From Raillietiella orientalis (taxonomy: Eukaryota), in the NCBI GenBank assembly GCA_036172245.1, contig JAYWIR010000029.1, positions 2,542,001 to 2,606,000 of the forward strand: DNA of 64,000 nucleotides, in the 5' to 3' direction. A program made the translations under genes and the position numbers. This document shows positions 38,834 to 50,806 of this stretch, one piece after another (position 1 is the first letter of the stretch; the number at the start of each line of letters is the position of its first letter). The notes beneath the pieces were generated by a model that worked only from the letters and a program-made list of their open reading frames with translations, was not told where the DNA came from and made no database searches.

Positions 38834-39893
38834 ACAGCCAGCCCCAGAAAGGGGGGGGGGGGGGAGATGTGATCTTCGTATGACCGTTATTTCTCATTTT
38901 TCTGGGCGTTTCCCTGGGAAACCAATCCAGAAACCACATACATGGAGTATCATCTTTTCGCACTCTGAAATCACCCTCCTAGAAAAAAAAAAAAAAAAAA
39001 AAAGGGGAAAAAAAAAGTCTCTTCATGTAGTCTTCATCCTTTTGTGAGTTGCAATCACCAGAAAATGGGCAGGCCTTACTCAGAAAATCCCCTACTCTTC
39101 CCTCCGTCCTTGCACGATTCCTGCGCATCGTGGAAAGGGAGGCACTGGATTTTTTTTGAAAAAAATTCCCTGTCATGTGTCATGGATCCGAAGTTGCTTA
39201 GAAGCAGTTCCCTCGATAATCCTCACGTGAAAAGGGACGTTGGTCCGGCTGGCCGGAACAGCAGAAAGCCGTCCTCGAAACCGTGGAAGCCCCGGTACAG
39301 AGCTTTTCCAAGGATGCAGGAAGCGAAACCCTGTGCCTGGCGTGGTTCAGATGAGGAGGAATCAAGCGACTGGACCCTCTGGGAAGCTGCAGAGCAACTT
39401 ACCCGTTTCCTGAGTCGGCTCCACGAACTGAAGGAGAAGGAGGGGCATCCTTTCCATTTGACCTCAATCACAGAGAAGTTGCTCTTGTATGAGGAGCTGA
39501 GCGGTGTTTTCGCTTCTACTGAAGGCGCCAAAGGCAATCACTCTTAAGTCATAGTAGAAAGGAACCCTATCAGCTTCCTCTTTCTACGATTTCTCACATC
39601 TGTTGCAGACGGGACTTTTTCTGAAGGTAACAACTTCGTACTCACCTTCCTTCCCATCTCTTCCTCTGAGATTTTCCAGAGGTAGAGATGGAAATGATGG
39701 TGCCTAGAGGTTTCCTGGTAGCCGATCCGAAACGTTAGGGAATGAGAAGTGGGGAGACGGAAAAGACACCTGGAACGGACTCTTCAGCTGCCCTGAACTG
39801 AAACATTTTAAATCTACCCAGAAGGATCCAAAAAAAGAAAGGACGAGAAAGACTGCTCTACTCGGAGACCAATTCTTCTGATGGAAATAAGAA

Positions 39894-39924
39894 CAGAGAT
39901 AGGATAGCTCCTATCCTATCTCTG
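39894..39924. repeat. Perfect inverted repeat (14-bp arms, 3-nt loop)
   Basis: CAGAGATAGGATAG-CTC-CTATCCTATCTCTG. Confidence 0.85.
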
Positions 39925-40749
39925 GACATCCAGGAATAGACGGAGGCCGAGCCTTCATACGGAAGCTCCCATTCAACTGCCTAGAAAATGAAGTGAGACT
40001 GCCCCTCAAATTGTCTGACTTTGCTGAAAAAAGTCCGAAATTCTGAATCCCGGGTTAAAGAGGAACCTATGTCTGTCTTCAGGAATCGCGTACCTGATCC
40101 AGGGTCTTTTCTTGGGTGGTTCTTCAGAAGACAGCCTTCTGTAATTTCCGGAGCCATTCATCTAAAGCCTTCACACCTGTATCCATTTTCATGCAGCGAA
40201 ATTTCCAGATCCAAGCTGGAGATCCGCTACCATTAAGGTCCGAGTCCCAGTGCGGTTCTTCCTGAAAAGACTAGATAGGATCGATCCTCTCTATCCCAGG
40301 AGAAGCGAGACGGAAAGATCGTTCGAAGTCCACCAAACCGGTTTAACAGCAGAGCATGTGAGATCCACCTATCCACCTCCGCATAATCATGTTCGCCTGG
40401 CGGCCCTTCAACGACTTGCAATCATCACGTGTTCTGCCCAAATCCGACTCTGCAAGAAGATGAGAGGTTTGAGCGTGTACGCTGGAACACGGACCGTTTC
40501 TCGGAAACAACGATGGACTCCACATCATCAGCTCCTTGCGCAGCTTAAACTGCCTTTACTCATTTCCTGCAGGGCGATCCACTTCTCGAAAGAATCTGCT
40601 CCGTGGCTGAACTTCAGCCATGGAGCAGGATGGCCAGAGCAGCCCCGGAACTAGTGCCACCATGATTTCAGGGTCGCGAGAGTTCATCCGCCTCGGATCG
40701 AGAGGTTCTCCAGCCTTCAGTTCCCGCGAGGTTCTGGACAGTACCTCTC

Positions 40750-41560
40750 CTAGGCTCCCAGGGCTAGATGGTTCCTCCTAGCTGATTCTTCGACAGGCCT
40801 CTTCTGAAAAGCTCGCAGAGCTCTACCTTCATCGAAGGGATGAGCAGCACTCTGGACACCGCGAAAAAGTTTCAGAGATTCAAGTAGCAGAGAGCATTCG
40901 GCAGGCGTTCAGCTGCTGCCGCCTCTTGGCGCAGCTCCGCGAGTGGAACGCTCTGACTCGAATGCAAGTCTTGGGTTTCGGAATCGTCATAGTCGGCAGC
41001 AGCATCCCTTTGTACCGACGTTTCCCACGGCAAAACGGGTGGGAGCACAGATGGAACCCGAGTTCCTTCCCCTTCCTGATACCTGCACCGCTTGCTTGAA
41101 CACCAAGAGTGGCGACGGTTGCCTCGTGGTCAGGAGTCTCTCTCTTTTCCTCGAAGTTGTTCCTCGCGCTCCCCGACCCACTGATTTGAATTTCGCCCAT
41201 GCTCTGAGTATCTCGATGGCCTTCTGGATTCGGTTGCGGTCGATGCGCCAACGCTCACTTCCCTTTTCCCTCGGGTAGCAACTGATGCAGAGGTCATTGG
41301 TGGCCGAGTCCTCTCCGAAAGGAGGTCGCTCGGCAACCGACCGACAAGAAAGGGACCTGCCACTTCCGACGCGCCGCCTACTTTGGAACAACCAGAAGGG
41401 AATTGCGGCCATCCTGGTAAGGACTCAGAGGACTTCTGAGCAGCGGACGGCAGCGATCCCTTCTCGACTTCCCCGTGCAGGTCGCATCCTGGCAGGTCCC
41501 TCCGGGATGCGGCCTACCGGGATTTCTTTAAACCTGCCGCTGATTCCTCGCGCGCTTGTC
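40750..41560 (-). mobile_element. Decayed non-LTR (I-group/Lian-like LINE) reverse transcriptase fragment
   Basis: Colinear degenerate motifs on the minus strand: RRDLPGCDLHG (cf. LRDLH..GLRG), TNDLCISC...RIQKAIEILRAWA (cf. YVDDL.ISC...LQ.AI..L..WA), LNACRMLSAT (cf. LNIL.VLS.T), RAFQKRPVE (cf. GAFRTSPVE). Confidence 0.5.
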
Positions 41561-43299
41561 GTTTCCTAGTAGACGTCCCGGCGTCACCGGGTGACGGACC
41601 CATCCTCTGGACCCCACTTGCAAGAGGGTCGAGAGCCCGAGAGCGACCATCCCCCGAGGAAGAAGGACCTCCAGGAGGTGTCTTCCCCGCGGAGGGTGAC
41701 GCCGGAGGGTGCGCGACCACCTCCACGTTTCGCAAGCGCCCGTGAGATTAAACGCTGTCCCGAGTGGAGGGTGCCGGCGTCCCGGCGGGAGAGCTTCACG
41801 TGCGTTCGAGAGACGCGAGCCGGAAGTTCCAGCGGGTCGCTTGCATGCTGATGACTTCAGTCCCCTCCCCCTTTCCCCGTGATAAGATAGCGCTGCGCCA
41901 AGATCGCGGGATGGGCGCTTGTCGTGCCCGTACTGCGCGCGCCCATCCCGCGACCTTGGCGGCCGAGGAGCTCCGCGCAGAGGCTCCGAACTCCTTACCC
42001 TTCCGCCCTTGCAGGCAGCACGCCCGGCCTTAGGTGCGGCAGCTGCGAAAGAAGGAGCAGCGGGCTGGATGACAAAGAAGTTTCCCGTCCCTCTCCTTCC
42101 TCGCCCTTGGCAGCTTTAAGGGGACAGCGGTCCCGAGCACAGGTCGGCAGAGAGGGTCGCGAAGGGTGGAAAGTGCCCGGAGGTAATCCGAAAATAGGAA
42201 CGAAGGGAGAAGAGGATTCGCTCTGTTTTCCAGGAAACGGAGAAGTCCCTTCCAGCAAGCGAGTGCTCCGCCCACGCTCGACCGCGCGCCTCGGGAGAGC
42301 AGCCCTCCAGGAGAAGGCTCCCCTTCGGCAGAGGATGCGGAGCGTCCCGGGTGGCTGCGGAGACCTGGGACTGTCAGAGCGGGGTCGCAGTGAGAAAAGG
42401 GCGACGGGACGAAAGGCCAGCGAACCTCTTCTTCGGGTCGCTTCCGGATCTGCTCGGCCGGGATCCTCTGCCAAGACCCGTTCTGCTGTCACTTCGGAAA
42501 GCTGCTCACCAAGAACCAAAGCGGGAACTGAGATCTTTGGTCGATACCCGGTCACACCGGGCCCTTATTTATAAAAAATAAATGCCTGTGGCAGTGCCTG
42601 TCTAAATGTCCTGCCACGTCACTTATAAGTATGAGAAGGAACCTGCCGGGAACAGGCACACAGAACAACGGGGTCGCCTCGGCTGCACAGGGGAAGGAGA
42701 GACAAACAAAATAGAAAAATAAAACCAAAAACATACAGTCAAAGAATAAGAGGGGGGTCCGAGAAGGGATCACTGTGTGCTGGAGGGTGCTCTCTGCATC
42801 CTTGTACGGACGCCGGCAAGTTCCTGTTTTGTGGTTCCCAGATGGAGCCATCTTGACGGTGTCCTCATGAAGAGCACAGCAAAGTGAATGGCATCCCTGT
42901 CGTTCCGGCCTCCTCTGGCATTGCTCCATACAGCTATGATCCCGCCGCATGGGCAGCATTTTGCTGCTAGGGATGCGGCTGGCGTGAGGGTGTCTCACAG
43001 AAAAAGGCGCTTCAATGTGTCTCGGGGGTTCCAAGGGTCGCGGCAAAGCGTTCCCAAAGGGGCCGGAGGGCAACATAGCCCACTAGGAGGTGTAGCATGG
43101 ATTTCCGCTCCCCATACCTTGCAAGGTTCGGGTCTACCCCCCACTCCCCCGTGTCCAATGATGCCTGGGCGAGTTGCACAGGAGGCCCCAGTGCAGCAGC
43201 ATCAACGCCGACTCCTGTCACTTTAAGGTGAGGATGCGGGTGTTCATGAGCACCCGAGGTCACTGCAAGTCTTCCTCCGGAATACTCAGTAGCACGCTC

Positions 43300-43900
43300 C
43301 AGCTCATAAGTCCATGAGGTCGAGCAATCGGAGTCGCATCCTTACATTGAGTTTCCGATTGCTCGACCCGGTGAGCTGGCCCGTCGTCCACTCGCCCAGT
43401 CCTTTCCTCCTTCCGGGGGTTTTCACACTAACCTCCCATCTAGCCGCGACATTGCTGCTCATGTGTTCCCTAAGGGAGGGCAGCGCGGCGGCGAGGGAGG
43501 TTCTGCCTGCCCACGCGCTCTTCAAGGGATCTTCCAGGATCACCCGGAGCGTGCAGTTGCTGTTATGCCGGTACAGGAAACGTTGCACCTGTTCTGCGCC
43601 TGGCTCCTGGATCCTCGCCCTTGTGCGGACGGTTCCTTTTAACCGGGCGCTACAGTTAGCGGAACGGTACGAGATGCATCCCTTCTTCCTGGCCAGCGTG
43701 GCCATCTGCCGAAGGTGCAGTGCTCAGTGGATGAGACTATGTGGACGGAGGGCAAGGAAGGACGCGGGTCCCATGCTGCCTGTGGCTTGCTGGACGAGTA
43801 GACGTGCAGGTTAGCACAGCTGGTGCTCCAGAGATTTGCCACGAGGGCGAGTGTTCGAAACTGGAGCTGCAGTTCCATTCGTTCCAGAGTCAGGAAGTGG
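43300..43900 (-). mobile_element. Decayed Ty3/Gypsy integrase-like fragment
   Basis: Minus strand QRFLYRH...GRTSLAAALPSL...VSVK...EWTTGQL resembles the Gypsy integrase C-terminal half (RFL..YR, GR.LRT.L..L.P, VWV....W.PG). Weak similarity. Confidence 0.35.
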
Positions 43901-46164
43901 TCTAGACCGCCGTCCCGGCGTGGAGCACGCAAGTCCTTCAGGCGGAGTCGGGGCCTCATTTGCTCCAGAGGGCGAACAAAATCAGGGGTGGTCAGAAGGA
44001 GGGGTGTCACGAACGTGTTCCGCACCGCGGCCCGTTCCGGCAGGTAAAACCTGAGGTCTCTGAAACTCCAGAAACGCTCTCCTTCTTGAGAACAAGCCGT
44101 CGCTGGAACGACCAGCGACAGCTTGTCCTCTGGCACAAAAAAAAAAAAAAACGAATGTGACCGTGTGGCGCGCAAGGTAGTGGAATGTCGCTCGGGGAGA
44201 TTTTCCTCGAGCCCGGACCTCTGGCAAGGCTTCCAGAGGGGCGAACGCCTAGCGAGCTGCGCAGAAAAAAAGCAAAAAGCAGGAAAAGAGCAGCTCCCGG
44301 TTGCAGAGAGGAAGATCCGGAAAGTGGCCACGGGGAAGCAAAAAGGCTCGTGGAGGATTTCCCCTGGCAACATCAAGTAGACGAAGAAAAATCTTCGTGA
44401 TGGATGGAGGCGGTGGACCACGTCAGCCCTACTTCCCGACTGGTGGCCCTACGTCGGGACACGGCACGCCTCCGTAGGGTGATCCCTTCCCGTCCTGAAA
44501 TCCTCCTCAGGAACCAGGGGCAAACGCGAGAGAAGCGGTGCCACCGAGAACCGGAAGTCTCTCGGGAGCTGGAAGAGCAGTGACCCACGATTCTTTCCCT
44601 TGCGTGGAGGGAGAAGGAGACGTTCTTTGTCCACTGGAGCTGGCTGTCGTCGGTGCCGTCGGCGCAGCGCCATCTGGCGGACACCGAGCTGCTCGAGCTG
44701 TTCCCGAGGGTTAAGGATTCCCCAAGGCGGAGGGACGAAGGAAGGAGATGCAACAGCTCCCGTGCTCCACTCGGAGGAGGACCAGGATAACCGCGAGTTC
44801 CTCTCCCTTCCTTCCCTTTTCCCAACGCTCCGCGCATCCCGCTCTCTTGGTTACTTCCTTCCTGCACCGCTCCCACTGAAGGGGTATCTCCCGGGGTCAA
44901 TCCGAGGCCTCTCTGAGGCAGGGCATTGCCTTCTGCTACCTGGAATGTAGTTTGGGAATGAGAGAAGGATTGTAGGTCCCCGACCTGCGCTCCTGAGTTC
45001 CGAGGAGGAGAGCTATTCTTCCCGATGGAGTCTGGATTCGTCGGCTGAAGACGAGGGGGAAGGGAAGTGTCCTGATCCTTGAGCTGGTGGCGTCGTTTCT
45101 GGGAGACTGCGCTGACACAGGATGCCCTATCGGGACGTAACCTCGCACCCCCGGGCGCGGGAGGAGGGAAGACTCTTGTCTGCGGAAAAACCCTTTCGCA
45201 GAGAGTGGGACGGGACCGAAGGGGAGAGAGAGCGGCGGCGTTCTCGCCACAGAGAAGGACGCGAGAAGGACGACGCGCGAGGGCGTCGGGCTGCTCCCGG
45301 TAGTCCCGGGGGCAATCGTCGACCACCCTTTCGCTTTCTCGTAGAGGGGGAGGAAGGGGGAGGGGTACGGAATGAAGGTGGTGGAGGCGCTGCAGCTTTT
45401 TTCTCCCTCTCCCCCCGCCTTCTCCAACGCCCGGTGGGCGGAAGCGCCGAAGGCGGTTGCGGTGACCGGACGGCTCTGGCCGGGCATTCCTTGCATGGCG
45501 CCGGCGCGCCGCATGGCCAGCTCGGCCGGGACGCATCGAAGGCGGGGACGACGGGCAGGATGAGGGAAGAGAGGAGAAGGGGCGAGGTTCGGGATCCGCG
45601 GCACCACGCGCCCCCGACCCTCTCGTGATCGGTTCCGCCACGGCGAACCCTCTCTTTCTCTCTCTCTCGCGGGCGCGCTCGACTCAGCTGGCCGCCTGAG
45701 GCGCTCGCCCTCCCCTCAGCGACGGCTCTCTCTCTCGTGTACGCTCCTCCGCGGAGATGGCAGCACCGGCGGCGACCGCGGAAAGGGCCGCGGCGCGCCG
45801 CCGCCGTACGCGCATACCTTTCCCGCGCAGTGACCGGTGAGGTCGCGCTGCGGCAACCCGGTGAGTGTCGTGCTCCCGGGTCCTGCTCCCGCCCCTCCTG
45901 CACTCGCGGTTGTGAGCTGGGCCCCTGAAGCCCCCGCCATCGTTTTGGCGACCAACTGACGAAGCCTCGCTCTCTCTCCGTAAGTACAGCGCTGGCCGGG
46001 GAAGGGGGGAAGCGAAGGGTGCGGGGCACGGCAGGTTGGACCCAGCCCGTGCAGGGCTCTCCCCATCCCTCCCCTCTCGCGTCCCCCCGCCCGGGGGTCC
46101 GCAGCGCTCTTCACACGCGGCTCTTTCCTCTCCTCCCCATCTCAGAGAGGGAGCGTCCCTGAAG

Positions 46165-49014
46165 ATGCCGGCCGCCTGCCACAGCTTCGTGCAGAACGCC
46201 TGGCGCAAGGACCTCTGCTCCAACTGCTTCCGGCCCAGGAAGGAGCACGGGCTAGCGCCTGCTCCGGAGGCTTCCCGGGACGGGCCGCACGTCACCACGG
46301 TCTACCAGACCGCCAACTACGGCTCCTCCTCCCGGGGCACCTGCTGGGCGTCCGGGAAGCTGCAGCTGTCCGTGAAGCCGTCGGCGGCGGTGAGCCGCGG
46401 CGCGGCGGCGGGCGAGGACGACCGCCAGAAGCCCCGCCCCTCCTGCCGCGAGGGCGTCGGGTCCGCAGCCGTCCACATACACGACTGCGCCGGCGTCCTC
46501 CTGCGGGTGGGCAAGGTGCCCAGCCGGGAGAAGCGCGTGAGGTTCGCCGACGGAGCCCCGGAGGTCATCGGGTTTGGCGGCGGCGACGACGATGACGGCG
46601 ACGAAGAGGACGTATCCGGAGGCGAGGAGTCCAAGGCGACCAGGCGCTCGCCGGACGAGAAGGAGGAGGAGGAGGAAGAGGAGGAGGAGCGGCCCTCAGA
46701 GGCGCGCGCCGCAGGCGGCAGGACGCTCCAGCAGGAGGTCCGGGAGCCACGACCTCTCGCCAGCAGGAAGAATCCCGTCCAGGTCAAGGTGCACCCGGTC
46801 ATCCCGTTCGTGAAGCTGGAGGAGAGGGTCTCCGAAGGAGAGGAGGGGAAATCCTCCGATCCGGGACCCCTGTGCTCCGAGCCGGACGAGGCCGGTAGCC
46901 GGGAGGGACCGCCGCCCCTCCTGGAGCAGGGGTCCTCCGTGCCGGACGCGCCCTCTGGCGAGGCCGTACCCCTGTCCAGCTTCGGGTCCGGGAGGGCGGC
47001 GTACCTGTTCACGCGGGCGGAGACGCTCGCCGCCCCCAGCGAGGACATCCCGGAGGAAACGAGTGCGTCCTTCCGGTTCTACGGGTGTGCGGAGCACGCA
47101 CCGGTCTGTGGCGTCCCCCACGCGCCGGACGAGCCCAAGAGCTCCCTTGAGGAGGAGTCCTCCTCGGGCACGGAGAGCCCACCCTTCCCTGGCCTCGAGC
47201 ATCCGGCCCGGGCGGTGGGCCACAAGCCGACCCGGCCCTTGGCCCGGTCGCAGGCCAAGGCGGGGCGGCTGACGTACCTCAAGAGGATGCTCATGGGCAC
47301 TAGCCGCTCGCAGGGCAGACCGGACCGCCCCCCGGTGCCTCCCCGGGTCAAGCCGGAGATCATCCACCCCCTGGACCTGACTGGCCTCGGCGTGCAGATC
47401 ATCTCCAGCAGCAGCAGCAGCTGCTGCCGCGGCGATTCGCTCTTCCCCGGAACGCCCTCTGCCGGCGCCTTCGTCACTTTCTCGGAGGTGGGTGAGGGCG
47501 GGACGGGGGAAGGCAGGAACGAGGGAACCTCGCCCTGCCAGACGGTCGAGCAGAGTGGCTCTCCCGATAGCGACCGCGCCTCCAGGGTCCCTGCGCGGCC
47601 TCCGCCTCCCAAGCAAGAGCTCCTGGAGAGGCTGCAGGTGGATGATGACCCTGCGGGAACCGCTCCCCCCGCCTCCACGGAGTACGCCAACCTCGGTACG
47701 TGCGTGGCGCAGGGAGAAGGGGACGAGAGCCTTCCCCCCTCCCCCTCTTTTCAGGCGACGCCCGTTCCTCCCTGGCGCCGAAGAAGCCGGAGAGAGGCTC
47801 CAGCCTGAGAGACGTGGACCGGGAAGAACACGCGAAGCGCCGCGCGCCCCAGCCTCCAGGAGGTGCCCACGAGAAGGTAGCAGAGACGTGGGAAGGGGGC
47901 GCAGTCTTCTTACCTGACCTCCCGCTGCATCCTCCAGAGGGGGTCTCCCATCCTGACCTGCCGCTGGCGGAGCCTGAGCTGGGGACCACGCCCCCCACCC
48001 GCCACCCTGCAGGAGGCCCACGCCGGGGTGACCAGCGCCGTGCACCAGTCGCTGACCTACGTGCTGGAGCAGGTGACTGGCGCGCATTCCCCTTTTCCGC
48101 GACGACTCCTCTTCCCCCAGGTCTCCCAGCTCCGCTGCTCTCACAGCTGCCCCAAGCGCATCCGACGCTGCGACAGGCTGGAGTTGTCCATGTTCGGTCT
48201 GCGCCCGGGGCCACCTTCCCTCCGGGCCGGAGAGAGAGCCTTCTTCGCGGCCAGCTGGGAGGAGCAGAGCCTCGTGCTGCTGGTCAGTCAGGAGCCCGTG
48301 GCCGCTATCTGCTCTGGCTGCAGCAGCTGCCAACCCGCTCCGCTGGTGACCTTCCGCGACCTGGCGCCCGCGGCCCTCCTGCAGGAAGCGCCCTCCCCCG
48401 GACTCCGCCTCCCCGTCTCCGTCACCGTGATGCCCGTACTCCGCGTCGTTCCTCTGAGGCAGTTCTGCCTGGACCTGTCCTCCTCCGAGGACTCCCTGCC
48501 CGACCTCGCCTTCCTCCTCCTCCAGCTGGTCTGCGTGCTGAAGGTGGTCCAGGCCCAAGGGGTCGAGGAGCTGGACGCCGACCTACAGGACCTGGTCCTG
48601 GCGTTCGAGAGCCGGGAGTACCCACCCCGCCTCTACCTCTTCCTGGACGAGCCTCCCCGATCCACGGCCACCCCCAAGGTCTCCCTCTGCCAGTGCGCCC
48701 TCTCTGTCCTGCGCGCCGCCGTCCCTGGACGCGCCCCGCCTGCGTTCGCCGCTGTGGTGGGCGCGCTGCAGGAGGAGCGCTCTGGGTCTCTCACTAAAGC
48801 CAAGACCCTCCTGGAGCTCTTCCTGTGGGGGCCCGACTTCGGAAACCCGTCCCTCAACATAGCCCGGTGGCTGGACGTGGAGAGGGCAGACGTCCTGGCG
48901 GAGTGTCTGAGGCCCCCGGGCTTCTCCCAGCGCAGCTGGACCGTGGTCGACGAGTTCTTCCTTCTGTTTCTCGTGCGCACGAGTGCTGCAAGCATCAAGG
49001 AGATGTGCGTCTAA
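46165..49014 (+). CDS. PEAK1: PEAK1/SgK269-Pragmin(SgK223)-like pseudokinase scaffold
   Basis: Exons 46165-47695, 47755-47876, 47938-48072 and 48121-49014. N-terminal MPAACHSFVQNAWRKDLCSNCFRPRKEH matches the PEAK1/PRAG1 N-terminal C-x-F..W...C.NCF..H motif. A long acidic/proline-rich linker follows. C-terminal signatures FLLLQLVCVLK, AKTLLELFLWGP, WLDVERA and FLVRT. No recognisable VAIK, HRD or DFG. Confidence 0.82.
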
Positions 49015-49337
49015 ACCAGCCCTTTCTTCTGGAAGGTTCCTTTTTCGAAACTCTTCGCCGCCCTCTGGAGAAACCGAGAGAGCGGGCGGAAACGATCCTT
49101 CGGAAGCCCCTCGACAGTGAGGAAGGGACGGTGCCCCGCGAGGGCTACAAGAAAGGTGATGGAACCTCGGAACGTTCCCGAAAACCCCGAGGTCAATATC
49201 CATCCCAGGAGCGCCTCAGAGGAGCATTCCCTTCCTCCGCCCTTTCTCGTCTTGTCCACTCGTGCACGCCACCCACCCTCCTACTTTTCTGCAGCTCCCT
49301 CTGCAGGAGACATTCCGAGGCGGAGTCTGATGTCACC

Positions 49338-49343
49338 AATAAA
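49338..49343 (+). promoter_or_regulatory. Candidate polyadenylation signal of the PEAK1-like gene
   Basis: AATAAA about 325 nt after the TAA stop, in otherwise GC-rich sequence, followed by TTTGTTTT. Confidence 0.55.
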
Positions 49344-50806
49344 GACCTCACATTTGTTTTCATCCAGGAAGGCCAGGAGAAGATGGTTAGCTGGTTCCAG
49401 GTCCAGCAGAGAGGAAAGGGGACTGTCCCTTTTCTGTAATCCTCCTGCCTTCTTCGCGTCCCTCCGCAGAAGGTGGAAGCTCCTAGTCGCCTGCCGCACG
49501 CTCTTCGCTTCCTTGAAGATACGGGGGATTGGTGCGAGAGTGCATCGCTCGGACCAACCCAGACATCTTGCAGCATAGCATCCCTATCTCCCTTCCTTCT
49601 TTTGTGGAACGAGGTGGTCGCTGCCGTCGTCTCGAAGATACGCGGCTACCCGGGTGGTGGTGACGTGCGGCAGCCCACTTTACGGTCCCTCCTTCCGGGG
49701 CAGAAGGCAGGAGAGAGCGGACGAAAAAAGGATCGAGATCCCTGAGGAGCGTAGGGGTCTCTCACTTTTTAGCTGCTCCTGCCCTGAGTGACCCAAAGGG
49801 GACTGCGAGGAGCCGGATGGAGACTCGTTGGTCGGGTGGGGTTCACCGATGGGGGGCGGGGGCTGGATTGGCCTCTTCGTAACTCGTACCTGCAAAGATC
49901 CCCTCCAGGTCCTTCACCACCAGGTCTCTTCTCATGGTCCAAGCTCCAAGGTCAGACCTTTATCCTCCTCCATCTCTCCCGAAGGCCTCTCGGAAGCTAC
50001 TCATGCTCCCTCGCCTCTTTCGGGGAGGCTCCTTGGCAACCGGCTTCGGGGAAGAGGAGCCAGGCATCCCTGGATGCGCCTTCCATCTGGAGAGAGAAGG
50101 AGGGCTTAGGAGAGCCGTTCCCTTCTTCGCCGGGAATCTCCCGCACCGTCTCTCCCCAGCTGGACCTCGGAAACGCTGCCTGGTTTCCTCCCGAAGGGAA
50201 TCCCCTTGCGACCCCGTCCGTATGTGAGACAGGGCGAGGGCGGGAACGCGCGCGCCGCGGTAAGGTCATTCCTTCCTTTACCATCTTCCCGGCCCTAGCC
50301 GGACACGCCGACTCGCATGGCCGGTCCTTGCAGGCTTGGGCCTCTGGTGTTGACTGATATCAGGAAGGGTGAGGGCCTCTTCCTTCCTTCATCCCCCACC
50401 CCACTTTTCCAGAACATTTCCACGAGGACACCCCTCGTCCCCTTCCCGTAGACGCGGACGCTATTGCACATCTTTCTGAGACCAGTTGCTCGGCAACGGG
50501 TGCTGAAGCGCGGACCCCTGGTTCCGGGAGGACTCCTGCAAGGTATGCACGATCCCGTTTCACGGGAGTCGTACGATTACACTCCCGGGAGACCACAGGG
50601 ACGCCGTTCGGGACGAGCGAACGGGATCGGCGCGGATGCTCTCCCGCAGGCGACGAGGACGCGGGTTCCCGGAAATCGATACGTGAAGGTTTCCCTCCTT
50701 GCGTTGCCGGAGCAACCGGGTGGGGAAACCGAAGGCCGGGGCCGCCGCCACTCGCAGACTCCTCCGGAAAACGACTGTGTGTGCCCAGTGGCTGCTCCTC
50801 CGAGAA

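Noticed and set aside
44373..46298. Long R/G/P-rich ORFs (422, 300, 223 and 204 aa)
   Set aside because: Stop-codon scarcity in GC-rich sequence upstream of the PEAK1-like gene; low-complexity translations in all frames.
46696..48558. 620-aa minus-strand ORF and other long ORFs overlapping the PEAK1-like gene
   Set aside because: Antisense or alternate-frame shadows of a high-GC3 coding region; no recognisable domain.
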